A stretch of 64,000 bases of DNA from positions 53,446,001 through 53,510,000 of the forward strand of contig OZ249436.1 in NCBI GenBank assembly GCA_965235115.1, written 5' to 3'. Under the pieces are notes generated by a model. It did no database searches and was not told the origin of the DNA. It was given only the letters and a program-made list of their open reading frames with translations. Made by a program: the position numbers and the translations under genes. Below, one piece after another: positions 1 through 13,257 of the stretch (the stretch's first letter is position 1; each line of letters starts with the position of its first letter). The stretch is from Laetmonice hystrix. Taxonomy: Eukaryota.

Positions 1-3000
1 CCTTAATTTAATGAAAGGAAAATATGCACGTTGTTGGTAAAATAAATATATAAATAAATCAAATAAATAAATAGAAGGTAGCTTTTACAGATACTACATG
101 GGCCTAACAACAATTTATTACATGGGTTTAGGTCGTACGCACATGTATACGCTCATGTGTATCTATCTGAGAAGAAACCCCAAATGTGAACCATCCTGCA
201 CGTTTAACATACGTCTGCATAATGAGACGTGTAGGGTTCAGCGCTTTTAGATCCTTGCGCTGTCATCTTGGCAAGCACGTCAGTAAAGTTACGTCTCAGC
301 ACGTTATGTTGGCGCGCTAAACACGAGGGGTCGTGCGGCAGGGGCAGTGCAGGCAGCTGCGTCACCTGTACGTACTGTTTTCATAGCCCATTCAACTCTC
401 TATACCGATAAGTGCACATCACGTTCATGGCACCGTCCTTTCAATTGTGCAATACCAACTGAAAAGCTCGTTAGAATAAATATTATTGAAACGGGTTAGT
501 ACTCGAGCAACCCCTACCGTGGGGTGGGAGATCTCCGACAGTCAGGTCGAGATTACAAGTTGTGCAACGTTAAGCGTTTCTACTTGAGCGGCAGGCAGAC
601 GTGTGAAGGGCTGATGTTCCGTGATTTGTCGCATGTACTCAGCTGTATAGATACAACTTGTAGGGCTATTCAACATGGAAGGGCAAGGAGGCGAGATAAA
701 TAGAAAACGGTTGGTGAATGAGTGTGCACCAACAGCTGCCTGGAAGAGGTCCTTCACGTTGGCCCTAAACACCATGCATGTATATAGTAGGCCTTCATCT
801 TTACTCTGAAGGCCTGCTTATTCATTTTACAATCTAAACACTGAGTCTCCTGTAGAAACTTATTCTTCCACGGGAGAAAAAAACCGACGGCTATATACTT
901 ACACTTTAATGATACTGGAAATATTTGTCTCTTATTATTGAATCACGATAGTATACAAGTATAACACCAATCGGGCCTTAATATTCGGCCCAGTTGCGTA
1001 TAGCTTTAAAAGTTCCATTGAAATTTAGCTACATGAGAAATTTAACGAATGAAACGTCATATACAACTGGTCCATGGCAAAATGCTGCCTTAGGTTATTA
1101 GGATGGACATGCTGACTGTCTGCGGATGGAAACGATTTCCGTCCAATGTTTACCGACCACTTCCAACGCATTATAGGCTTGGTGTATTGCTTCTTGGAAA
1201 CGTACCTGAGACGTGGGTGAACCTCATGGTAAGTGTACTGAATATAATTCGAATGCGTCACATAAATGTCCTCCTCCTGCATGTCCATGCACTTATTGCC
1301 GATCATCAGCTAATGACCAACTTCCCTAGAACTTACAACTGTATTATTCATTGCTTGTCCAAGGTGGAACTGGAGTGTAAAGGCCAGGAAGAGTGTGTTT
1401 GCTTGCCCTCGTCGGAGGTTTAATCTGTATACATTCCGCCAGCGCTTCAATTGCTTGAGAAAGAGTTGTGTTTAGCTGGGGCGCACATATTCTATGGCGT
1501 TTCACCTGTCAGAGGTTCATCAAAGCGTGTATTTCTTTTTAAATCCTCGCCGTAGAACATCAATTCACACTCGCACCTGCAAGTCCAATCTCTTTAACTA
1601 TATAGATTCACGGATCTGAAGCGATCAGGTGGTCTCCGTAAAACACGCTGGGTATCATAGGCCCACGTTTCCACCTGAATGGAGCCATTGTGGACGTGAA
1701 GCCCATTTGTCATCATTGACCAACGATGGAGCCTGACGACTGGTCGCAGGCCTTTGTCCACAGAGAATCTTATGTGATGGGAGTTATTGAGCGAAAAATC
1801 TGCTCCAACCACACGTCTCATTATTGGTTCCTAATTCGAGATACAGTTTCCCCAGGTAGGCATTCAACAGTTGTCCTTAAAATTTGCTACCAACCATCGA
1901 TATTTTAATTGCACTCCTTTGAATGCTTGTCTGCCAAACATGCATGGCTTTCATTCGAGTGAAGACAGTTTGGCTATACAACTGGTACAGCGTAAAGCAG
2001 CTGTAGGCTGGTCTATTTTGTCTACTATTTCATTGGGCATAAAGTTTCTGGGATCTTATTTGCTGTATACGTGAGACTGAATACGTTGACTCCTTACTCA
2101 GTTCAGTACTTACCATAATACCCATTAGAAGTGTCCAACTGCCATACCAAGTACTCCCCCATTTTCAGTAAAACTAAAGTATGACATTAACTTTAGTTGT
2201 CTGGCCATATAGCTTCACCCACAGATGGCAGTTATTGCTTAACTCATACAATTATACAAACTGCAATAAATGCGCCCTGATTGCCGTAACGATCGCACGT
2301 CGCGGATAGACGATAAATAAAGAACCTAAAAAATGATAAATAAAGGGGCAAATTAAGAACAATGTCTAAATGAAGTGATGTGGGCTAAAACATAAAACAC
2401 TTCAAACAACCAACTTTATTTAATCCTTAGCAAGAAACGAATAAAAAATTAGAATGTAAACAAAATTTGGCACAGCTCAGTGCCATTCCACTTGCAGTGC
2501 ACTGTTGTTTATACATTAATACTCATGAGATCGAACTCCCAGCATTCCGTTTTACTCTGATCACTTCATGATCTATACATTATGATAACATATAACTTGA
2601 TCGTGATAATGCCAGGCCTATATGGGAACGCTTTGTTATGAAGGCGGTGGTAATGGCAACTTTGTAAACCTGACTGGTATGAGTACATGTTGCCTCTGTG
2701 ATGATATTGAACACATAATCATTTTTAGGGGCCCTAAAAAAAATGTGGGTCTCCTTGGACACTAGGACACGTGATTTCCCACTGGGATGGGGGCTTGTCC
2801 TCAGTATAGTATAAACATAATACTGTAATCGGATCAGTTCTTTCCAGCTTGAACAAAACGTTTTCTGATGTTGGAATAATTTTGTATTTGTGCACTGCCA
2901 GTGGTCCTTTTAGAATATCAAACGCGAATCCATTTTTGTATAGAATTCTTTTAAAAAACTCAAAAGGTTATGCTTAGTCTTAGCTTTTGTTACATGTTAC

Positions 3001-3119
3001 AATGGGAAATCCCTTTATTTGAATATTTTGGAGATCTAGTTATATGTTCAACTTCTAGACAGTGATAAAATTGCGTGTATAGTGTATAGAATAGAAGCAA
3101 TTTAGCTTAAGTTACTAAC

Positions 3120-3489
3120 CTCTGTCTGGAAATCCTCGCACAACATCCGATCCGTATGGACTCTGAGTTCGTGTAATTCCATTGCGATAAGCAACAGTAT
3201 TGTAAAGGTCCAACATATACTGCGGGGGTGACCGATGGTGTCTGTGGACTGGCACCCTGTCCAGTCCAAATACCTTTGAAAGGCGCTCGATAGCATCGCT
3301 TGGAATCCTCGGCGGCCTCCCCGAGTTGGATTCCCCCGTGGGTTTGACGTCGTTGCTGGAGTCAGGACTGACGTGGTCAGGCCCAGCCGTCGTAGACAGT
3401 GTGGCGCCGACGAAGGCAAAGAGAACAGTCGCGCACCAGACCACGCCAGCCAGAGTGGCGCCAGCCTGGGAAAGCCTGCCACCAGCCAT
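3120..3489 (-). CDS. ADMP: ADMP-like (TGF-beta/BMP family) precursor, coding exon 1: signal peptide and start of prodomain; later exons not found and probably left of the window
   Basis: ATG at 3489 gives MAGGRLSQAGATLAGVVWCATVLFAFVGA (hydrophobic signal), then AIERLSKVFGLDRVPVHRHHRSPPQYMLDLYNTVAYRNGITRTQSPYGSDVVRGFPDR, the BMP prodomain PPQYMLDLY...VRxF motif with the ADMP-type GIT...PY segment. Phase-1 donor AG|GTTAGT after 3120. Confidence 0.8.
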
Positions 3490-6035
3490 GATCGACAGCT
3501 GCTCACAGATGCTCTCAGCGACAGGGAAGAAGGCCAAGCAAGTTTACATGGGCCGGGGGAACTCCGCCAACCAGATAGCCGCGTTACGCAGTGAGAGCCC
3601 CTCGCTATTCGTAGCAATAAAATGGGTCTCTATAAACTGCCAACTCCTGATTGCACGCGGCTGTGGTCAGCAATAATCATCCACTATGCATCTTTGTACA
3701 GTGCAGGCCACTTCAGACCAGAGGCAATTGCCCACAACAAATTCAAAGCGCGGCCTTGAATTCCCGAATGGTTTCCCTTTTCCTCTCCAACGCCTTTCTA
3801 CGGGCACATTTGCCGTTCACTTACTCACGGTCCCTTGACCGAGAGCAGAAACGACTCTACGGAGAGCATGTGCTTTCTCCTCTCCATCAGGTCTTCCACT
3901 CTGTCATTTCCCGATATTTTTGCAACGAGTCATTATCACTTATTTTGATGGGGTCCTTTTAAGCAGTCACGAAGTCGAAGCTTTAGATTCCAGGGCTTTC
4001 ATAAGCAATTAAAAGATCCTACATGGCAGTATTTATTAAATTCGCATCAGCCCACCTGTGAGTACTTAGGAAGGGGAGCAGGGTATAGGCCTGACTCTCT
4101 GAGGTCCGTTCTTGTGGCACGGTATCCCGGTGTGGCTTTCACAATGGCCGCTCGAGCGCAGCCGTTTAGAAGGCCGGCCGTACACGCCAATTAAAATTCT
4201 TTAAAAACAGCTTTCTGCTCATTGCATCCAGACCCGGTGCGAATGAAATGACAGCTGGGATGAAAGCAGAACTTCTTGGCTGCTTGCACGTGTGTGTAAA
4301 CTTGCATTCTCTTGTTGCTGATATCTTCCAACGGCCATAAGGTAGGGCTATTAAGGATGGTCGAAGTTCCTTGTAGTTTGAGTTGGGTGAGTGATACACG
4401 GAACCAAGGCAGCGGGTTCGGTATCGTTGTGTTGTTGTATTCTATACTAGCAGGTTATCAGGAAACGCGCTGTTATTCTCCTTAGGACGTGCGCGACATC
4501 TATTGCACGTCGCACAGGTTGCTTTAACCATCACTGGTAGATCTTGGATCCATTGCCTTCCTTGATAAGTCATTATGAGTCATAGTGGTAACGTTCCTGA
4601 GGGATCAGCGTACAGTTCATATATACCGGCTCATAGACCCACGACCCCTGCACCGCCCTAACCTGTGAACGCTGACTGAAGCGTGGGGGCCACTTTGTGC
4701 ACAGTGGTGGCAACACCTTCCTCGGTGTCCGCCAGCGGCCCTTGGCAATCGAGACACGTGAAGCTCATCGCTTAATCTATACGCTCCAACTCCACATCGC
4801 CAGGCTTCCGTTCAGTTAAAAGCACAAAGCCGCCAGCAAGGACATTATAAGGCAGGGGGCATATTGTGTTCACACAGATGAAGTGTGGCGTTAAAGGTGT
4901 GCCTATTTGTCAGCTTGTTTATCCAACATCTGAGACTGCATTGTATCCTGTCTTCGTTGAGAACGAAAATTTACAGCTGCGATGACGATGATATGAAATC
5001 TGTTCGAGAATCATATTACACAGAACAATGATTGTTGGCGGAACAACGGAGCAAAGCAAAGTCTGGTTTACGGGGAATGTGGAAATAAATGGTACCAATA
5101 GTCGTTTATGGTCGCCGGTTGGAAATGTAATATAAACCACCGAACCGTGTTCTACCAAACCTGGCCTCTCCTCAGCATATCCATGTGCTCGTGCTGTCAT
5201 GGCAACGTTTATCATCGGAGAGGGCAGTTTAAAGCTTTCTAGAGACGAAGTGTACTTAAAGGGTGTTTAGCATGGCGCTGGTACATGGCGCGCTCGATGC
5301 GTTGCACCAAGAGCTAACCATTACGTGTTTTTCAGGATGCAGGAGTACCAGTTCAAGGAAAACAAGGAACGCTACGAAAGGGTTCCCACAATACGCCCAT
5401 TTCTGAAACCGTACGTGTAGAAAATGGCATCTGTTACTACCTGGTAGAAGGAAATGAGGTTTTCATAGTGGACAATGAATGCATCAGTCTACAATAATTG
5501 CGCCTCAGACATTGAGCTAGCTCTATGTCTCTGGGATAACATGGTTCAGCATATTAAGAAGCCTTTAATTTTATGCCACCATTGCGGTCTATGGGCCTCG
5601 TTGAAAAGAGCCTTATATAGGCGGATTCCCTTGTCTGTGAATCTGTGACTGTTTGTGCATGGATAATTTCCACAGTAAAGACCCTCAAGCATCGCTTGAC
5701 ATGGACCACAGTCGACTGCCTGTAAACTGCTATTTAGATGAATTTACTGTCGCAGATGTCTTGATAACCAGGCAATACCAAAGCTGCCCGCAGCAACAAG
5801 ATGACATGATATGCGACCATGTCTATTTCATCCCTTAAAGCGACTATTCCTTAAAAGAAATGCTGGTCACACAGTTACCCGGATGGGGGTATAGAGAGGG
5901 TTCACCGTTACCACAGGAAGAGATAGGAATGTGGTTTGTTTTTAAGCCGCTCAAACAAAGCCCGATAACGCTATACTTGACGGTCCACCAGTTGACCTCG
6001 AAGAAAGCGGGCAACACTTATAATTGATCGCTCTT

Positions 6036-6085
<50 letters not shown>

Positions 6086-6098
6086 CTTCTTCTTCTTC

Positions 6099-6130
<32 letters not shown>

Positions 6131-6225
6131 CTTCTTCTTCTACTTCTTCTTCTACTTCTTCTACTTCCTCTTCTTCTACTTCCTCTTCTTCTACTTCTTC
6201 TACTACTTCTTCTATACTTCTTCGT
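6036..6225. repeat. Compound microsatellite (TTG)n-(TTC/TAC)n
   Basis: Directly visible trinucleotide runs. Confidence 0.95.
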
Positions 6226-9096
6226 CATCTACCTGGTTGTTGGTATACCTTTTAAAGTGAAGAAAAATACGTCTAAATAAGTAGATATCTTCTTCTATAA
6301 TATTTTCCATCTTATCTAAACTATATTGTCAGATGCATTGCTGTAATATGTTCGATTTTAAAAACACATTCTCTGAATTGGATCGGTTACACCTCTTCTC
6401 GATTTGACTGGTTCTATGGAAGAATAAAAAAAGACATGGAATTTAGCCTATCCTTTCATTGGAAAGTTGCCTTTTACCACCCACATGTAGGTCAATGAAA
6501 CGGGAGGCTTGTGGAAGATGGGAGAGGAGATACGACTGTAAAGCGTTGACATATGCATGCTAACTTTCTTTCTTTTCGCGGGGGAAAAAGTAGAGCGGAC
6601 AAATTGGCTACAAGGAATGGGTGATAGGGGGAAGAGTCAATTTGGTACGTGAGGGACCAAGCATAAAATGTTCCTGAATCATTACGCACGTACACAATGA
6701 AAAACGCTCTGCTGCTGACAGAAACTGTGCGAGAAAAGATGTGTATTACAGCAGAAAAGAACTATTTCAGTCCAAGTGAAACACCAGCCGATACACATGT
6801 TCTGAATGAGGATGTTGTCGCTCAGCGTACGGCAGACGTATCAGGGTTGGTTTAAAAAAAGAAATGCTTCTCAACAAGGGCACATGTCTGAAATGGTTGT
6901 TTGATGAGAATACCTTCTTCGGGGCAGATACTGGTACACAACAATCACTACCATTGTTCAACGGGTCGACTACGCTAGCTATAGCCAACATGTTCAGGGA
7001 TCTCTAATAATACAAGATAGACTCAGAAGGTGGGGGAATTATGCCCTCCCACCTTTCACTTTCAGCCGACAAAGTCATGCAAACCTTCCACACGATGCTG
7101 GCAAAAGACACACACACCCATCACTGTATCAAGATATCTGCTGTTTGTCCAACACGATATGCATGAGAATGAACTCCATCGCATTACTGTTGTTTCAATT
7201 TAGTAGGTGTATGACAATGCACTTTGAAACAAACTCCATAAAACTAGCATTGCGCGAACACATATTTCCACCTTGCTCTCCGACCTCTTTAGCTTCAACT
7301 TTTCTAGCCATTCTATAGGTTGTTATATCACTCTCTTTTAATTTTGATTAAAGTGAAGGGGTACTCGAGCATGTTCATACACTTAAAACGTTGAAACACT
7401 TGGTGTGAGGTAAGAAATGCCTCTCAGACCTGGATCATGGCACATCCACCTGGGTCAGTACATGTAAACAGTGTGTAGAATATCACACGTGCACCCCTTC
7501 GAGTATAAATGTCGCATTAACGTAGTACTTCACCCATCAAACAAAGAGCCCTCTCGGCTACTTTTAATATGTTACTTTTTGCTAATAGGGGGCGTTCGAG
7601 TGGCATTGAATGCGAGAACTGAATGACAGAATGCACACACGAGGAAGAAGAGTGTGTCCACTGAGTGAGTGCACCTGGGATCGGGAATATCAGCATTATG
7701 TTAAACGTAAAACTTCCGGACCCATATAGTGTTCTGTCACCACACATTTGTGACCAATTACGTTGATTTCAGGAAGACACGAAAAGGTTATAAATTTAGA
7801 AACATATTAGGCCTACTTTCCTCTTACCCGTCTTGCTATATACTCATAATGGTAATGACATGTCTTAAAGGCGCCAAAAGACGTAGCATTGCGTAGGTTC
7901 CTTGCCCCTTCTCTAAATTTCTGTTTTACATATCCACGGGATTTATCCTTCGCACATATTTGTGAGAAGCACTGGGCTCCTTATAGGCCTACATACATAT
8001 GGTAATATTGGGGAGGAAAAACCAGCCACAGGTGTGCAGCAGCATTCACTGGATGTACACAGGTGCAGCCCCAGGTGCACAGGTGTCGTCTAGAAAGCAA
8101 TCTAAACAACAAATAAATGCCGAAATCATTTCGGGTGGTTTTATCGGGAAGGTGATGGGGTACGTGACAATTTTCTCTGACCTTCGCCTTTCTCAAAGAT
8201 CGCTTTAATGTTTTGATATTTAAGGAACGTGTATATGACACACCCACTGAGTGTGGGCTTGTACGATCGGCCGAGAGTGAGGGAATTAGTGGTTTATTAC
8301 CTTGTCGACAACGACAATAGCATAGGTCATCTCCAGGGCGGGTCATCTATAACGTGTTCAGTTCACTGGTAAGATCTATTGTTCCATCGTCTCTTAGGGG
8401 AATAATAATGGTTTATTTCACATTAGACATGAATGTTCGCTACATGACACCTCGTTTATGTCACATCCGCATCTACTATTATATAGGTGAGGACTTATTA
8501 CATGACATTATGGAAACTATAATTATGCTTATTTTGTACATTTTTAAGTTACAGTCCATTTGAGAACATGTTTGATACATAACCAGAATTAAGCAGCGGC
8601 AGCAGATGGGCCAAGGTCCAACACGTATGTAGACTCCCTCTACATATATATGCCCTCTATATATGACTCTAATTAGTCCTGTATAACACTATTTTAAAGA
8701 TAAAGATGGGCCTATATCACGCCAATTATGCAGACTTTGCTTGGCATATGCAAGCTCAAAGACGAGATTAGGTTATCTCATGAAAATGGTGCCGAAACTA
8801 CAATACAATTAGTTACGACATTCTGTCCATTCTTCTTTGTAAATGACGTTTGCCAGTCACTCGATGTCAACGAAAATAGCCCCAAAATAATTACTAAGTA
8901 ACAGTTACTCAGTTTGAATACTTTTGCAGCTAATCGCCCATTGAAAAAGCCAATGACCTCGAATGATCTTTTAGGGTTAGTCGAGCTGAAAGAAACTTTT
9001 GGTACCGAATGCAACTTTATAGGCCGAGGGCTATAACTTTCATAGTAACTCTAGTCTTGACGTGCCTATAGAGATATGGCGCTGAACATATCTTAA

Positions 9097-9621
9097 AGGG
9101 GCATGCTATGGAACACGTTTTGGAAGATTTCCGGCAATTATCCAACATGACCGTGTAGGCCTACTAGGGATCTAAGTAAATAATCCTACCACAGCATTTT
9201 GTCCTCTGACGTGTTTTTGCTGCAATATGCAGCACAAGTAGGCCTAGGTTCTATACGACCAGACATATAGATTTCTCCCGATAGCACATCTCCCGCCATA
9301 ATTTGGTAGACAACCTCTCATCAACCCGTGTATTATATACTACCGTTCGTAGCCATGTGAAGCGCTTCAAAACAAACCGTCTGAGCATGCGCGAGGGTTT
9401 TGCATGTCACGTGTGTCAACAAAAGCCACGTGCAAACAATAAGCAAAGCCGTTTGTCCAGATGGCCAGCAAGGGAGCTTGATAAACTTCGATTTCTCACG
9501 CAAAATGAAACTGACAAGCCTGTCTTTGTGTACCAAGCAATTTCAATGAAGGATCTCTTTATGAAAACAGCAAAAGTTCTTTGAAATATCGATATTTCAC
9601 GTTTCCTGATAATATGCCCGT
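9097..9621. mobile_element. Non-autonomous DNA transposon with TTAA target duplication (Kolobok-like), copy 1
   Basis: TTAA|AGGGGCATG...TATGCCCGT|TTAA; colinear with the copy at 62186-62707. Confidence 0.8.
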
Positions 9622-10593
9622 TTAATCGACCTTTCAGGGTCACTCAATTGATGTAGCTAAAGGAAAACTGTGCCTAATGAAACTACAGCCTAGGAATCTA
9701 TGGCGGCCTGTCCATTATCATCCTTCCACGCTCGGGGTTGAACCGCTACCAGTGATCCCCGCCCTCCTCATGACTGCCCGCCTATTCTCAGAGGCGCGTA
9801 GGCCTACTACTTCGCAGCGCCATCTGTTTTCCACCGACTTTCAGTACCCGCAATTAGCCAGAAGCAGTCTTAGCACCAATCAGATTACAGCACTGCCTGA
9901 GGCGCGATTCATAAAAATTCGCGTGCATTTCTGGTTAGCCAATAGGAACGTCCTCATGCAGTAAAGTTATTGTTGTCGAAGCAATATGGCGGAGCCAATG
10001 ATAGCAGCAACGGGTAGGCATTTAGGCCTACAGTGGGAGGAACAACTTTGAGTTGACAGGGCTGCAAAAACGGGCCGTGAGCAGGTGTAGCCTATAACAG
10101 CTATAGGGGCGCCGCTGCCTATTTTAAATGGGGGGGGGGGGGCAACCTTGGTGTGTTTGACCTCCCCCCCCAAGATTTATATGTACCATAAGAATGGCAA
10201 AAAACGGTGTATAACCCCCCCCCCCCCCCCCCCGGGCGGATCCAGGATCTTTTTGCAGGGGGGTCAAAAAGTGCCCGCGCCGAGGGGGGCCTCCGACTGA
10301 AAATGTTTGGCAATATAAAAGGCCATAGATGCTATTTCCCGGCTTCTCTGCATCAAACTGAAGAGCTTTCGGTGGCGACTTTTGTTTTGGTCAAAATTAA
10401 TGTATTAATCAGTGAGGTATCGGGGGGGGGGGCTTGACCCCCCTTAGATCTTCCTTTTTTGTATGAAGATGCATTAGTACAGTTACAATGTACCCCCTGG
10501 ACATCACAAGAAACAGTATCAATATATCAGAAGCAAAAACAGTTGATGATCAAAACACACTTTTCCCAAAATAAAATTGAGATCGTCCCACTC

Positions 10594-10886
10594 CAATCTA
10601 ATTAAAATTAGGTCTTAGTTATTTCGCATGCGCTCCATACTAGGATCTAACGGCATCCCGTATGGGGTCACCTCAGGCTGCCCTTTGACCCAGATTCAAG
10701 TGTGCCGTTGAAAATGCCTACGAGCGCACACCGAAGATTTCGTAGGCGACTCGCTGATTGGCTGAATCCAGAGGTCAACCTGAGGTGACCCCTAATGCGA
10801 TGTCCTTAGATCCAGGTATTGAGCGCGGCAGCACTGAAACAGCCGAGAGAGACGCGGAATACCAAGATCTAATTTTAATTAGATTG
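10594..10886. mobile_element. MITE with long TIRs and 9-bp TSD (Mutator-like)
   Basis: TIR CAATCTAATTAAAATTAG / CTAATTTTAATTAGATTG, flanked on both sides by GTCCCACTC (10585-10593, 10887-10895). Confidence 0.85.
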
Positions 10887-11119
10887 GTCCCACTCCTACT
10901 TGCCACTTTCTATGGTACCACACTAGGACTAGTAAAAAATTGGTAAACCTCACTCACTGATAGGCCTATCTATACTATCTAGGGCCTACATGAATAGGCC
11001 TACATATAGGCCTAGATCTATAGGCCTACACGCACTCGGGGTCTTTTTCTTCAAAATCAAATAGGAAGGCCCAATTAACATGGGGGTGAAAAATGTCGAC
11101 GGCTGTAGACCTCTAGGAC

Positions 11120-13257
11120 GGGGGGGGGGCAAAAGGAATCAGGCGGTAAGAGGAACCACTCTGGCCAGTTCCAAATCTGGCCGCCTCTGGCGCTCCTCTT
11201 GACGTGTGCGAATAATACAATATAATCCACGTAGCTTGAAATAAGGAGCACGTTTTTTTAACCTCAATCGCTAAAATTTCTGTAATAAATTCACATCTTA
11301 AATAAAGATCACAGAAGAGTTAGGGGCCTACTGAAAGCTGTTTATATAAATGTGTGCGATGTTAGAAGGTCTAATGAATTCATGAAATGAACTGAAACTG
11401 TTCTGATGATCTAGGCCCTACGAGATTCTCGAAAATAACTGTCAAAGCCACAAATGTAGCCTAACAAAGGTCACTTGTGTAGGCCTAATCCATGCACGTG
11501 GCTCGGGCAAAATGAACCGGGCAAGTGGAACCATCACTGGGCATAGACCAGTTCATCTGCCATGAATGTAGACCTTAACCTTCAGTGAACCTTTTTCTCG
11601 TTCTAAAAACCCACGCCTAGGATAAGAACACTGAACTTGATGTTTAACTGTCGATCTAATTGCATATTCTGGTATTCTAGTGTTAGGGCCATGCAACATT
11701 TGCAAACAGGAATGCCGGAAACGCGTTTTCTGAGCATCTCGGAGCAAAAATCTCTCAAATCTATTAAAGCGATCCGAAACCGCCACTAGCAATAGGGCCC
11801 ATGGATAACCATGGTATAGTGCCTTTTACCTGCCACCATCTAATTCCCACAAAGTCTGTGTGTTAAAAGTAATCCCCGATAGAAACTGACAGTTGCCCGT
11901 TTGCTCACGGCGTCCATCTTGCCGAAATTCACTGCCGTGAGACCTTAAAAAATGGCGTCCCTAGAGCCTACCCCATTCCCCCATCACTGTGTTGGTCAAC
12001 CATCTTCACGGACACTATGTACAATAATGGTTACTGGTGAACTCGGACCATGGTTATCTCGGCCCATGTCGATTACATGACTTCATGTCCCATGCGTGCC
12101 CTGTCCCAGGCTCCATGCCTCACCCGACACCCGAGTCAGGTGGTCAAGAGTCTCAAGCCAACAACGGGGCAGCACGGTGCTCCCGACGGGCGTGCACTGG
12201 TGGTTGGACGGGGCCAGACATGCCAATTTGGTCGATCGACAACATAGTGAAAAATCTCTTACCGGGCGCTTAAACGAACAGAAATTCGTCGCAATACCCT
12301 CCAACGCATGAAATGGTGGCTGAAAGCTATTATTTATACGGAGAATTGTCAACTAGAGAATGAAATGTACACTGGTTGGGTCATGGATGGAGTCTGACAG
12401 TAGTGACAGACTACGGCAGTCTACGGCCGGGGACATGGCGTGCACTGCCACTGTCAAAGCCTCGGGCTACCGTTCAGCTAGCACACCCAGGCATATCTTC
12501 ACGAAGGATCAGCACCAAGTCAGTGGTGTGGTTAGACCTGCTGATCGGTCTCCTAGTACTATGACACGGATAATCTTACTCGCAGCTCTCAGTCTAGACT
12601 CTCTGACTACCTTGTATCCTCACCCGATCTGACAGCTAGTCGAAACTCGCGGCTCTGGCGACGTCACACTTCCGGGTGACCTGACTGTTTTTGATTGGCT
12701 GAATCAATCTCCCATGTGATAATGTGATATAAAATGGCGCCGAGTTCATTTCTCGGCTAGAGGTACGGTACTCGTAGTTTAAGGTTGGCATTCTCGTTTA
12801 TGTAAAACCTATTGACCTGCATTTATTGCTGATGTTATTCTTTATTGTATAAGGCATATGGGAAGGTATAAGGTAGCTGGATTGTTGCATTTGGCTTTAA
12901 CAAAATTCCATCATTTTTATGCGTGATCGGGCCTACATAGAAAATCGGCATGAAACCCACCTCGACCAAGAAAGCATCCAAGTGTTGGGGGGGGGGGGGG
13001 CTGAAACACACTCCAGCCCCCCTTTTGATATTAGGGGGGGGGGGGCTGACGCCCCCCTCCCCCCGGTTCCTATAGATGTCTACGCCTAGATATAGCTAGA
13101 TGGGCAGGGACATTTTCTTCAGGGATAGGGCCTATAGGCCTACAAGGCTGTTTTAGATAGATCTAGGGCCTATTTAAAAAATATTCTTTTTTAGTTTATT
13201 TTTATTTTGGATGTTCAGGCCCTATTGTTTTTATTGAAATAAAGTTTGTTTCACTGT
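11120..13257 (+). repeat. Dispersed repeat, long copy; both arms are colinear with 46950-47676
   Basis: About 11120-11715 matches about 46950-47525, and about 13105-13257 matches about 47540-47676; the intervening ~1.4 kb is missing from the second copy. Confidence 0.8.
12655..12745 (+). promoter_or_regulatory. Housekeeping-type promoter motif cluster (CRE-like, ETS, CCAAT, YY1)
   Basis: GACGTCAC, CACTTCCGG, GATTGG and AAAATGGCG within ~90 bp. Confidence 0.4.

Noticed and set aside
1..3119. Short ORFs in the ADMP intron as further ADMP exons
   Set aside because: The phase-1 acceptors I tried (~459, ~1577) hit stops quickly, and no prodomain or cystine-knot motifs were visible.
3102..3676. 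Overlapping 171-aa, 116-aa and 73-aa ORFs
   Set aside because: Shadow frames of the GC-rich ADMP exon.
5971..6260. Protamine-like Arg-rich ORF and poly-Leu/Phe ORF
   Set aside because: Translations of the (TTG)n/(TTC)n microsatellite.
10119..10437. Poly-Pro/poly-Gly ORFs here and at 14.9, 21, 33.9 and 60.6 kb
   Set aside because: They derive from G/C homopolymer runs of MITEs and low-complexity tracts.
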